From: Mobula hypostoma
Lineage: Eukaryota
Length of the DNA: 64,000 bases
NCBI RefSeq assembly: GCF_963921235.1
Contig: NC_086097.1
Span: 51,152,001-51,216,000 of the forward strand
Direction: 5' to 3'
In this document: positions 12,802-25,376 of the stretch, piece after piece
Layout: the number at the start of each line of letters is the position of its first letter
Position numbering within the stretch: position 1 is the stretch's first letter
Position numbers and translations under genes: made by a program
Notes under the pieces: generated by a model
What the model saw: only the letters and a program-made list of their open reading frames with translations
The model's database searches: none
Told to the model about the DNA's origin: nothing

Positions 12802-14629
12802 AATTGCAATTAGATTGGTTTCAAGATGGAGACGCAGTGAAAAGTCTGCTTTACTGAGCTCAGCACCGCAACACCGATAATTTTGCATATAAACTTACCT
12901 GTTTCAACTTTTTCTTAAATGCTCAAGTGTCGGATTTAATGGTATGAACATTGATGAGTATTTTTTTGAGCTGCTTCAACACCATGCCATCAAAAGGTAC
13001 TAAGAAGGCGGCCAAGATGGGCTGCACAGAGCGCTCGCCCGGGGCTGAGGAGCTAGCTACTGTTTTTCGTCAAGTAATTCAGGAAGTTATGGAGAACATA
13101 TCCAAAATGACAGACGAGAAGCTGGCTCCACTCTCTCTAACACTCAAAACCACACATTGGAGCTTAAAAATCTTGATACAAGAACAACCGAAGCCGAGGG
13201 CCAAGTCTCCGCGGTAGAAACTGTAACTAATCAGGCCCAAAGCTGCATCTGGGCGCTGGATAAGCAAGTTCAAAGCCTGTCTGACTATATCGATGATCTT
13301 GAGAACAGAGGTAGGAGAAAGAATATACGAATCATCGGTCTACCTGAAGGTACAGAAGGCAGCCAACTGGCGAAATTTTGAGGGCTGGCTACCTAAATTC
13401 CTTGATTTGGAAACCAAGGCTGGACGCATTGAAGTGGAAAGAGCTCACCATATGCCGGTGCCAAAACCGGGCCCAGGCTAACGCCCTCGACCTGTCCTCA
13501 TGGGGTTCCACAATTTCAGTGATAAGCAAAGAGTGATGGAGGCTTAGAGGCACCGTGGGACTGATACCCAGGCTTTAATATATGAGGGATCCAGGCTTAT
13601 GTTTTTTTTCCCCCAAGATTCTTCGGCAGCCGTTATTCAGAAGCACAAGGAATTCGATCAGGTAAAGAAGCGGCTGAGAGAATCCTGAATCCAGTACTTT
13701 GCTATATCCAGCGGTGCTGAAAGTCACCTACAATGGGACCACCAAGATATTTGATTCTCCTGGCACAGGTTGGGCTAAAGAATGTATACAGTATATTGTA
13801 TAGCCCTGGTTATGGACGATAACATGCTCGATGGTCGCTTTATTTTACCTTTTCATTACTCGATGGCAAGAAATCTTATAGGATGGGTAACGTGTTTGGT
13901 TTGATTGATACAGTTTCATTATTTAAATTAGCGGTGCTGCTCCAGCCTAGAGGAGTTTAAACATGATGGTAACAAATCGGTGGATGGATAAACTATGCCC
14001 TGTTTTCATTTTTGACTATGTTAAATGCCATATTGGCAATGGGGCAGAATATGGGGTGCTAGAAGTTCAGATATCCCCTTTAAGTGTGGGATAAGCCCTC
14101 TTGTTCAGCGCTGTTGGTGCTTTGTTTTTTTGTGTTTTTTTAAAATTTACTTATTGCTGCCCAGCTGATCTTAAGTCAGGTTTCTTCTCCTCTGGAGTCA
14201 CATGATTGTTATAAAGGGTTATGACCAGTAATATATTAAAATTGTGCACTTGGAACATTAAGGGGAGTCATTCACCAATCAAGACAAAGAAAATCCGACT
14301 AAACCTGAAAAAGGAAAGGGTGGATATAGCCTTATTGCAGGAGACACATTTAAATGATAAAGAACATCTAAAACTGCAACAGAGTGGATTTGATCAAGTC
14401 TATTTTTCATCTTTTAATACCTGGAGTAAGGGAGTGGCCATTTTAATTAGGAAGAACTTACCTTTTAAGTTATTAGACTGTATTAAGGATAAGAATGGGA
14501 GAGTTGTGATTGTTAAGGCTTCAATATATGGAGAGGAATATGGTATTCTCAATGTTTACTGCCCTCCAGCTCATCCTCTCAAATTCCTAACAGGTGCCTT
14601 CTCCAAACTTACAAGCTTTTCAATAAAAA

Positions 14630-15258
14630 ACATAAAAACATAGAAAATAGGTGCAGGAGTAGGCCATTCGGCCCTTCGAGCCTGCACCACCATTTATTAT
14701 GATCATGGCTGATCATCCAACTCAGAACCCCGCCCCAGCCTTTCCTACATACCCCCTGATCCCCGTAGCCACAAGGGCCATATCTAACTCCCTCTTAAAT
14801 ATAGCCAATGAACTGGCCTCAACTGTTTCCTGTGGCAGAGAATTCCACAGATTCACCACTCTCTGTGTGAAGAAGTTTTTCCTAATCTCGGTCCTAAAAG
14901 GCTTCCCCTTTATCCTCAAACTGTGGCCCCTCGTTCTGGACTTCCCCAACATTGGGAACAATCTTCCTGCATCTAGCCTGTCCAATCCCTTTAGAATTTT
15001 ATACGTTTCAATCAGATCCCCCCTCAATCTTCTAAATTCCAACGAGTACAAGCCCAGTTCATCCAGTCTTTCTTCATATGAAAGTCCTGCCATCCCAGGA
15101 ATCAATCTGGTGAACCTTCTTTGTACTCCGTCTATGGCAAGGATGTCTTTCCTCAGATTAGGGGACCAAAACTGCACACAATACTCCAGGTGTGGTCTCA
15201 CCAAGGCCTTGTACAACTGCAGTAGTACCTCCCTGCTCCTGTACTCGAATCCTCTCAC
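14630..15258 (-). mobile_element. Young CR1 3' fragment inserted in the L1 endonuclease domain
   Basis: Uninterrupted 178-aa CR1 ORF2 C-terminus; removing it restores L1 FSIKNI|IVGGDFN. Confidence 0.92.
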
Positions 15259-16315
15259 TATAAAAAAACATTATTGTAGGTGGGGATTTTAATTGTCTCA
15301 TGGACCCATTGATGGACAGAGTGCCTACTGGACCCCATTGCTCTCCTCACAGTCCAAACAAATCATGGACTTATGTGGAGAACTAGGACTTGTGGATGTC
15401 TGGAGGTTGTTATATCCCTCAGACAAAGACTTCACATTTTTTTCTAATCCACACAAGTGTTACACTAGAATAGACTTTTTTCTGAACCCCAACACGCTCC
15501 TAGAATTAATTGTATCCTGCACAACTAGAAATACTGCTATTTCTGACTATGCAGCAGTATATTTAAATATTAAGCCCAAAGATAATTCAGCACGATCTAG
15601 ACATTGGAGACTGAATCCTTTTATTCTAAAAGATAATAAATTTATAGACTACTTTACTTCCGCATTCAAAACTTTCCTATCTATCAATTCCAAATCAGCT
15701 AGTAGTCCATCGATGATCTGGAAAACCGCTAAGGCCTATGCAAGGGGATTAAATATCTCCTACTCTGCTAGTAAGAAGCGACAAGCTGCGGAACAGCAGC
15801 GCCTAGTAGAAGCAAGGCTTGCGGCAGCTGAAAAGGATAATAATAAGCCTTCTGCAGCCAAGTTACAGAATATCACAGCCCTACGCTGTACACTAAACTC
15901 TTACACAAGCAGCCAAAAGAAAACTGACATTTGCTAAACGACGATTGTTTGAACATGGTGAGAAACCAGGTAGGTATTTGGCTTATTCAGCTAGAAAGAA
16001 AATTGCCTCTCAGACTATTGCTTCAATTAGGGATGGGACAGGAGCCCTCACTAGTAATTCTAAAATGATTAAGGTTGTGTTTAAGAATTTTTACTCTAAA
16101 CTGTATCAATCTGAGCAATGTAATGATGGACAATCGAGGATGGAGTCCTTTTTCAGGAATTTAGATCTCCTATGCATTTCTTCTGAACAAGAGTCCCTCC
16201 TCAATGCTCCATTATCTATACATGAGGTACAGGAAGCTGTGAGACAGCTCCAAAGTGGGAAGGCCCCTGTCCTGATGGACTCACTAGTGAATTCTATAAA
16301 GAGTTCACAGGGTTA

Positions 16316-16605
16316 GTCATAGTCATACTTTATTGATCCCAGGGAAAATTGGTTTTCATTATAGTTGCACCATAAATAATAAATAGTAATAAAACCATAA
16401 ACAGTTAAATAGTAATATGTAAATTATGCCAGTAAATTATGAAGTAAGTCCAGGACCAGCCTATTGGTTCAGGGTGTCTGACCCTCCAAGGGAGGAGTTG
16501 TAAAGTTTGATGGCCACAGGCAGGAATGACCTCCTATGACGCTCTCGTGTTGCATCTCTGTGGAATGAGCAGATGTGCATGAAATGGAAGAGATGTGTTT
16601 GAGAG
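16316..16605 (-). mobile_element. Short LINE 3'-end insertion in L1 ORF2, with a Penelope-derived patch at one junction
   Basis: Flanked by CAGGGTTA (16308-16315) and CAGAGTTA (16606-16613); AATAAA plus (ATGACT)2 tail on -; removal restores EFYKEFTGL|LSEPMLNMF. Confidence 0.7.
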
Positions 16606-17241
16606 CAGAGTTATTATCAGAGCCTATGCTCAACATGTTCAATCATGCATTTGATTGTGGTCTCCTCCCACCAATCATTGAGAGAAGCTAATATCTCCCT
16701 AATTCTTAAGAAAGGAAAGAGCCCTGAAGATTGTGCCTCCTACAGGCCTATTTCATTGTTAAATGTTGACTTTAAAGTCTTATCTAAAACCTTAGCGTTG
16801 TGATTAGAAACTGTGTTACCTTTTATCATAAAAGAGGATCCTACGAGTTTTGTAAAAGGCCGTAGATCATCTAACAATATCAGAAGATTATTTAATGTGA
16901 TTCAGACATGTCAGCAACAGGCAGTGGACGGCTTGGTGGTTTCCTTAGATGCAGGAAAGGCCTTTGATCGTGTCCAATGGCTGTATTTTTTTTCCCCCAC
17001 TATAGAATGATTTGCTTTGGGCAATGATTTATTAAGTGGGTGAAGGTTCTTTATAATGGCCCTTTGGCTGCGATTCTAATCGTATTAGGTCACACAATTT
17101 TAGTATTCTGAGGGGCAACCAGCAGGGCTGCCCTTTATCACCACTACTTTTCACACTAGTGATCGAGCCATTGGCTGAGGCTATTCAGCGAGACCCCAAA
17201 ATATCTGCTCCAGACATACGACTAAAGTCACATAAAATTAC

Positions 17242-18714
17242 GCAAACACGAGGAAATCTGCAGATGCTGGAAATTCAAGCAACACACACAAAAAATGCCG
17301 GTGAACACAGCAGGCCAGGCAGCATCTATAGGAAGAGGTACAGTCAACGTTTCGGGCCGAGACCCTTCCTCAGGACTAACTGAAAGAAGAGATAGTAAGA
17401 GATTTGAAAGTGGGGGGGGGAATCAGAAATGATAGGAGAAGACAGGAAGGGGAGGGATGGAGCTAAGAGCTGGGAAGTTGATTGGCAAAAGGGATACAAG
17501 GCTGGAGAAGGGAAAGGATCATGGGACGTGAGGCTGGGGGTGGGGGGGGGGATGGCCAAGGAGTTATAGTGAGAGGGACAGAGGAAGAAAAAAAAAGAAG
17601 TGGGGGGGAAGAAAAAATTAATAATAATAAATAAAGGATGGAGTACGAAGGGGAGGTGGGGCATTAACGGAAGTTAGGGAAGTCAATGTTCATGCCATCA
17701 GGTTGGAGGCTACCCAGAAGAAATATAAGGTGTTGTTCCTCCAACCTGAGTGTGGCTTCATCTTTACAGTAGAGGAGGCCATGGATAGACATATCAGAAT
17801 TGGATGGGACGTGGAATTAAAATGTGTGGCCACTGGGAGATTCTGCTTTCTCTGGCAGACACAGCGTAGGTGTTCAGTGAAACGGTCTCCCCGCCTGCGT
17901 CAGGTGTCCCCAGTATATAGAAGGCCGCATCGGGAGCACCAGACCCAGTATATCAGCCCAGCCGACTCACAGGTGAAGTGTCGCCTCACCTGGAAGGACA
18001 GTCTGGGGCCCTGAAGTGGGGGGGGGGGGTGGAGAGAGGAAAAGATGTGTTTAGTAGTGGGATCCCGTTGGAGGTGGCGGAAGTTACGGAGAATAATATG
18101 ATGGACCCGGAGGCTGGTGGGGTGGTAGGTGAGGACAAGGGGAACCCTATTCCTAGTGGGGTGGCAGGAGGATGGGGTGAGAGATGTGCGTGAAATGGAA
18201 GAGATGTGTTTGAGAGCAGAGTTGAGTTGATGGTGGAGGAAGGGAAGCCCCTTTCTCTATATAAAAAAAAAGGACATCTCCTTCATCCTGGAATGAAAAG
18301 CCTCATCCTGAGAGCAGTTGCGGCGGAGATGGAGGAATTGCGAGAAGGGGATGACATTTTTGCAAGAGACAGGGTGGGAAGAGGAATAGTCCAGGTAGCT
18401 GTGAGAGTCCGTAGGCTTACAGTAGACATCAGTAGATAAGCTGTCTCCAGAGATAGAGACAGAAAGATCAAGGGGAGGGAGGTGTCGGAAATGGACCAGG
18501 TAAACTTGAGGGCAGGGTGAAAGTTGGAGGCAAAGTTAATGAAGTAAACGAGCTCAGCATGCGTGCAGGAAGGAGCGCCAATGCAGTCATCGATGTAGCG
18601 AAGGAAAAGTGGGGGACAGATACCAGTATAGGCTTGGAACATGGATTGTTCCACAAAGCCAACAAAAAGGCAGGCATAGCTGGGACCCATACAGGTGCCC
18701 ATGGCTACACCTTT
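17242..18714 (-). mobile_element. 5'-truncated Penelope-like element (Neptune-type): RT, GIY-YIG and hammerhead 3' end
   Basis: KGVAMGTCMGPSYACLF...LRYIDDC; perfect 16-bp TSD AGTCACATAAAATTAC at 17226-17241 and 18715-18730; removal restores L1 KSHKIT|LYADD. Confidence 0.93.
17342..17377 (-). ncRNA. Minimal type I hammerhead ribozyme motif of the Penelope 3' repeat
   Basis: - strand AGUC-CUGAGGA-A-GGG(UCUCGG)CCC-GAAA-C-GUU-GACU: complete core, stem I AGUC/GACU, palindromic ACGU stem III. Confidence 0.75.
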
Positions 18715-21212
18715 AGTCACATAAAATTACATTGTATGCGGATGATGTTCTAATTTTCTTATCAAACCCTGCTATATCAGTGCACCACCTTATACAATGC
18801 ATCAATTCATTTAGCGCCTTTTCAGGTTATAAAATCAATTTTATTAAATCAGAGGCTATGCCTCTGACGGATCTGCAGCAGGTACCTGACACTCAGGATG
18901 TTTTCCCCTTTAAATGGTCACAGACAGGTTTTGTTAACTTGGGTATACTTATCACACCTACATTTGATCAATTGTTCAAAGCTAACTTTACACAGTTATT
19001 TGACAAAATCAAACAGGATCTTGAGCGATGGAGCACTCTTCCCATTTCTTGGCTTGGCTGAATATCCTTGCTGAAAATGAACATTCTTTCTCGTCTGCTC
19101 TACCCAATACCAATGATTCCAGTCATTTTTACCCAACAAATAATAAATAAATAAATAAATAAATAAATAAATGGCTGGTTTGTTTCTTTCATCTGGAACA
19201 AAAAAAAACCCTGTACTAAAACGTGTAAGTTACAGCTTCCCAGTAGTCTAGTGGTCTGGATTTTCCAGACATCAAAAAATAGCAATTAAGTTCCTTTTTA
19301 TCTTATGTGGTTGACTGGGTTTGCAGGGACCCCTCCTCAATTTGGCTAGACATTGAAGCTTCACAAGCAAAACACCCTCTCATTAATTTGCTTTTCCTCA
19401 CTAAGATGAAACTAGTTAAGGAATATTGTCACAATCCAATAACAATTAATACAGTCAGGGCTTGGAGGGCGGTGCGACAAATTGAGGGCAATGCAGCGAA
19501 AATATCACCCTTCGCTCCAATAACTGGCAGTCCAGATTTTCAGCCTGGCATAATGGATTCTGGATTTAAACTTTGGATTTCTAAGGGTATTTTCCATCTA
19601 GGAGATTTGTTTGATGAAGGAACGATGATGTCTTTTAGTCAAATAGTACAGAAATTTAACATACCCAACAAGGATGTTTTTCGTTTCTTTCAGATAAGAG
19701 ATTATATACAGAAAAAAAAGCAACATTGTTAACTGATTTCTGTAGTTCTGACATAGAAAAGAGGGTGTTTCATTCTAAGGGTGAAGTCTCTATTAGAACT
19801 TTTTACAGCATCCTGAGGGAATGTTCTTGTGGAGAGGCTGAGCAGCTGGGAAGGGTCTGGGAGGAAGAGCTGGGAGTAGAAATTACAGCTGAAACATGGG
19901 AAGACATCTGTGATAAAGCAAAGAAGATTTCAGCTTGTAATAGAACTAAAACATTGCAATTCAAAATTCTGCATAGAGCCCATCTGACTCCAGATCATCT
20001 CTCGAAATTTAAGACAGGGGTTTCTCCAATGTGTTCTAAATGTACAGGAAATATTGGAACTTTCATCCACTGTTTTTGGACTTGTCCCAAACTTCAGGAG
20101 TGATATTTTGGGTGAAACGGAAAAGATTCTGAAGATGGAGCTTGAACTGGACCCAGTGTCTTTCCTCTTAGGCTTATCCAGCAGTTGTATTATTAATGCA
20201 CATCAGAAAAAACTTTTTAACATCCTGACTTTTGGTGCAAGGAAGAACATTTTACTTTGTTGGATATCTGATAAGGCTCCTGGACTTTTTGGTTGGCGTA
20301 AATTAATCATGGAATACATTCCTTTGGACTTTTTGACATGTATGGTACACTCAAAAACAAATAGTTTTCATTAAACATGGCAACCTTTTCTTTAGTATAT
20401 AGATGTAAACCTGTCTTCTATACTAATAAAGGCTTTTGTATAGGATGTTGTGGTGATGTCTATATTTTCATGGAAGTGTTCTGATACCTGATATCTGTGA
20501 GGGGAAGAAATGTAAATGTAAGTGTACCTGGAGTTATGCTGAGCAAAAAAAAAATTAAAACAATCAATTGCTCCATGTGATAGAAGATATTTTCAAATTA
20601 AGCACAAATACTGGTACTGATATGCACAATAATGAAACAGTAAAGTTATAAGGGGATCTGTAGAGTTTGATCTTATACATTTCTGCCATGTATAACTTGT
20701 CCTTAAAATTATCTTCTAGGCATTTCTGCTTGAAGTCAAATTCCATTTTTTGTTCAAAGTCCAAGAGAAACAAACATGAAACACAGAATTTCAAAAAAAT
20801 ATTGTGGTCGCGTACATGAAGAATAAGGATGCAGACCAACTTATCATACGACTGGCCGGAAAATTTGCAAGGCTAAAATATACAGGGTAGCCATCTCTTC
20901 TGGGTAATGGATAGCTGACCTTTACATTCTTGCTCAGTCACAGAGCACAGAAACAGGCTCTTTGGCCCACCACACTTATGCTGACCATCAAGAACCTATT
21001 TATACAAACCCCGTTCCTCAGCAAATGGTCTGATGTTTATTATAACTTGGCACTTCATGTCCTCAGATGTTCCTAAACAGTTCTGAGTGGCTGCCTCTAC
21101 CAGGATGTCCCAAACTGCAACAACTATGTGGGTGAAAAGAACTCTTCAGAGAAAAATCGCAGAACTGAACTTTATGGTGCACTGCTTGATTGATATGTTA
21201 GGTAACATAGTG

Positions 21213-22535
21213 CAGGTTTCCCCCGCCCTCCGAAGGTATGCATAAGCCGGAATGTCGTAAAGCGAAGAAGCAATTACCATTTATTTATATGGGAAAATTT
21301 TGTGAGCGTTCGCAGACCCAAAAATAACCTACCAATCATGCCAAATAACACACAAAACCTAAAATAACAGTAACATATAGAAAAAACAGGAATACATGAT
21401 AAATACACAGCCTATATATAGAAATACTTCTCTACAACCATTGCCTGCACAAATCTCCGTAGCGAGAATCTCACGTAAGCGCTCTCGGTAGAAAAACTCA
21501 TGCAAGCACTATTGGCATAAATGCACTCTCCAGTAACCTTTAAACTCTGAAGCTGCCAAATCTACCAAATAACATATAAAAATACACAGCCTATATAAAG
21601 TAGAAATAATGTATGTACAATGATTGCCCATTGCATCGCCTCTGATCTGGGCCAACAATTATGTGCCAGGCGCACCTAATTAATTAGCATGTTTATTTCG
21701 GCTTTTTTCTTAAAGATGTGCTGTGTGCCTCCCGGCTACCGCTGCATTTTCCGCGAATCAGTACAGTATCTGTCCGGGGGCCGGGGGTTGGGGTGGTGGG
21801 ACACGGGGGTGCCATCTCATTGTCGATCAGGGCAGGCAGCTCACCTTCTCCTATGACTGCCCACCTCGATGTCGAAGGTCGAAGTTCGTCGTCTGCTGTG
21901 GCTGATGTGGAAAGGCTTGCTTGACTGCTGAGCCTTGCACATTTTTCTATCACACAGTTCTTTGTAAGCACTCAAACCATCCTGCAAATATCCCCTAAAC
22001 CTACGTACTCTTTCAAAATTAAAGTCGTACTTTATCATTGCAGCCAAAATCTCATGCAGTTGCTTCACTTTCGCTACTGCATTCGATTTCGATTGTTATC
22101 CTTTCCTCTTCCAATTGCATCAGCTCTTCATTTATCAAATCTTGGTCATGGGATGCCAAAACCTTTTCAACATCATCTTCGTCAGCTTCCACAAGCCAAA
22201 CTCACTTTGTCCTTGCTTCGTTCACCACGATCGAAACGCTTAATTATGTCTAGTTTTACATTAAATGCAACACCCTTACGAGCTCTTTCAGGCTTTTCTG
22301 ACACCTTAGAACTCATCTTACTAACGGCTGCTCAATGCAACGTGCTTAAGCAATGCCGTTCTGAATCCGGGGGTGAGCGGCTGCTCGGGGCACACGCTGC
22401 CTTTTATCGCTCGCTGCCTTTCTTCGTAACAGTGAAAACACCTTCTGAAAGCGAAAACAGGGTACTAATGTAGGTCTTTCGTAACAGTGAGGTTTCGTAA
22501 AGCGAACGTTCGAAAAGCCGGGGGGGGGGCACCTG
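21213..22535 (-). mobile_element. Tigger/pogo-type non-autonomous DNA transposon
   Basis: CAGGT..CCCCCG termini, TA on the right flank; CENP-B-like HTH start (MSSKVSEKPERARKGV...KLDIIKRFD) and transposase C-terminal remnant. Confidence 0.88.
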
Positions 22536-22797
22536 TATTGAAATTTTAAACAATCATCACTCCATTCTTAAAATAAATGTATATTGGAGTAATTTCTGAA
22601 CCAAGGACACAATATCTGGTCATCCAGTCTTATAATGTATGAAAACAAAAGCTTTTGCACAGAATAACTAATGACAACTATCAGAAATTAGCACTCTAAA
22701 TATTGATTTTGAAATTAAATGAGGACTACCTACTTTTGTAAAATAAAATAAAATATAGCAGCTGACATGATCATCTGTGTACTTCATGATCACTTAC

Positions 22798-22947
22798 TTT
22801 ACTGGAGCCCTGGCATAGACTTTCAGCCAATCTGGAATTTCTGCTGTATGGTAGGGATTTGCAGGAACCAGCTGATTGCGATCAGTTTGTTGTGGTTGGT
22901 ATGTAACAGGAGGAAGAAGAGGTGGAGGTTGGTCGTACCGAGGAACA
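22798..22947 (-). CDS. SAV1: SAV1 coding exon 4 (SVPRYDQPPPLLPPVTYQPQQTDRNQLVPANPYHTAEIPDWLKVYARAPVK)
   Basis: Hand translation of the - strand (not in the ORF track); acceptor ttgcag, donor GTAAGT; 150 nt, phase 2-2. Confidence 0.96.
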
Positions 22948-23689
22948 CTGCAATAACAAGTTTCAATATTAACAATAAACTAGCATACTACCCCAGTTTT
23001 TTTCCTAATAGGCGAGCCAACATAATCTTAAACTCAAAATTTTGATTATATCTCTGGTAAATACAGACTGCCCAGATGAAAGACAATACTATCATTCTAT
23101 GTATACATGGAATAAGATATTTTGAAGCATGACATTTTGGGGAAAAGAAAGCACTTCAACTAGCAGAAAGAGGTTTTGATTTCCAGACCACAAAGATGAA
23201 AGTTCAACTGAGCTGTTGTATCCAACTACCTCTTATTTTAGGCAGTGAGCAAAAAGGTAACATTCCCACAGCTTTCAACACTAGGCAAACACAAAACTTA
23301 ATTAAAAGGTAGATGGCACAGGCACATAACTTTGGCCACAGCCAAAATAAAAAAAACCTATTGGTAGCTTTGGCCTGGACCAGAGATAAAGCTGAAAGAT
23401 TAAATTTTCCAAAACTTCTGATCAAATATGAATTTGAATGAATTCAAAAGATTAGCAGAAGAGATAAATCACTTTAGAAAAATATCCAACTCTCTTACCC
23501 TTTTAGCGAAGGCAAGATTTGCAAAGCTATTGAATAGAAAACCGGGTATTCCTAGTAGCACTGAATATTTTATGCTTTCTAGTTAAAATGCAACAATGTC
23601 TACTTAATTTTAAAGCACTTAAGTAAAAATATTTATGTACATATGAATTTTAACACACACCTGGCCACAAAGCCATCAATTCGATCATC

Positions 23690-24530
23690 CAGAACATTAA
23701 TATACAACTTGAAAGAATTGGTCCCAACACAGACCCCTGTGGAACACCACCACTCACTGGCAGCCGGCCAGTAAAAGCCCCCTTTATTCCCACTCTTTAT
23801 CTTCTGCTAGTCAGCAGATTTTCTGTCCATGTTAGTATCTTTCCTGTAATACCATGGGCTCTCATCTTATTAAGCAGCCTCATGTGAGGCACCTTGTCAA
23901 AGGTTTTCTGAAAATCCAAGTAAACAGCATCCACTAACTCCTCTCCTTTGTTTATCCTGCCTATTATTTCCTCAAAAAATTCCAACAGAGTTCTCAGGCA
24001 AGATTTCCCCTCAAGGAAACCATACTGAATCTGGCCTATTTTAATATGTACTTTCAAATACTCCAAAACTTCATCCTCAATAATGGACTCTTAACATCTT
24101 GCCAACACTGAAGTCAAGCTAACTGGCCTATAATTTATAAACACAGGAGATTCTGCAGATGCTGGAAATCCAGAGCAACACATACAAAATGCTGGAGGAA
24201 TTCAGCAGGTCAGACAGCATCTTTGTAAAGGACTAACAGTCAACATTTTGGGCAGAGACAAAATACCAACATTTCAGACCCAGTCCAAATGAAGGATCTC
24301 AGCCCAAAACTTCAAATGTTTATTCCTTTCCATAGATGCTGCCTGACCTGCTGAGTCTCTCCAGCATTTGGTATGTGTTACTCTGGCCTATAATTTCCTG
24401 TCTTTTGCCTCCCTTCCTTCTTATACAGTGGAATAACATTTGCGATTTTGCAGTCATCTGGAATGATTCCAGAATCTAGTGATTCTTGAAAGATCGCTAA
24501 TGTTTCTACAAATTTTTTCAGCTAGCCCTC
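23690..24530 (-). mobile_element. CR1 RT fragment interrupted by a fold-back element
   Basis: YGFLEGKSC...VYLDFQKTFDKVPH. Confidence 0.85.
24137..24382. mobile_element. Older fold-back Penelope-end element
   Basis: Diverged inverted arms; perfect 14-bp TSD CTGGCCTATAATTT at 24123-24136 and 24383-24396. Confidence 0.85.
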
Positions 24531-25105
24531 TCATAGCCAAGTGAAAATTCCTCTAAGACACAAATGGATGTTCAATGCAAATATGAAACAAGTTCCCTCA
24601 CAAAAATGCATCTAGTAATTATATCAAGATGGTTAAATTGGTGTTAATACTTAATTTAAAGGAATCTACATCAACAGTATAATAGACTACCTATGCCAAA
24701 ATAATGGAATTTCAGACAAAACACAACTGTTAACCAACACCAGATTTAAATATTAAAAAGCAAGCAAAGATGAAATAAAAGTTATGTTGACACCATTGAT
24801 TGCTTTTGGATCTACCTGATAATTAAGGAGTCTGCAAGAAAACAAGTGAATAGACTTTCACCATCTTTGTATTTCACAGTTTATAATCTATAATCAATTT
24901 AATTCAAATTATCAGCACTTCATGTTGATTAAGTCCGCTCTCCTGCCTTTTGGAATTGATTGGATATAGTTTTATGCAAAATAACAGTGATCTGTAGTTA
25001 ACACATAGAAGCTTTTAAAAATGACACCGTTGCAATGATATTTCTGCACATGCACTTGTTCTCAAATGTAACTTTTGGAAATAAAAAAAAAGAACCCAAC
25101 TGCAC

Positions 25106-25376
25106 CTGGGAGCACACGGATGCCTATACTGGGCTCGCTTATTGATATGATCCACATAATAAACACCAAATTCAGGTGATTCCACTCGCTCCCAGCCAGG
25201 TGGCAATCCTTCTCTTTCAAATGGATGGCTCCAATGAGTTGTGTTGGTATTGTGATCTATATAGTATTTCCTTCCTCGAATCGTCCAGTCAACTGACCAG
25301 CCAAGAGGAAGAGGCAATTCATCAGTAGTGTGATTTGTTAGGTTCCCCAAGGATGTTGAAGGAATTCTTCCCATGC
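25106..25376 (-). CDS. SAV1: SAV1 coding exon 3, tandem WW domains ([62 protein letters not shown])
   Basis: Part of ORF 25015..25461; acceptor ttttag, donor AG|GTGCAG; 271 nt, phase 1-2. Confidence 0.97.

Larger units (their letters stand above)
12814..20554 (+). mobile_element. Full-length L1-clade LINE, inactivated and interrupted, antisense in SAV1 intron 4
   Basis: ORF1 from 12984 (DDLENRGRRKNIRIIGLPEG; IEVERAH); ORF2 from 14221 (TWNIKG, LLQETHL, GGDFN, TRIDFFL, SLDAGKAFDRV, YADD, CSKC...HCFWTC); poly(A) 20545-20554; TSD TTAAAAC(G/A)ATCAATTG at 12652-12667 and 20555-20570. Confidence 0.93.

Noticed and set aside
14699..15292. 197-aa + strand ORF and similar antisense ORFs (3031..3393, 52598..53347)
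   Set aside because: Antisense shadows of CR1 ORF2, not independent genes
19140..19172. (TAAA)n tract, and poly-G runs near 11880, 18020 and 22520
   Set aside because: Ordinary simple repeats; no array or spacer structure
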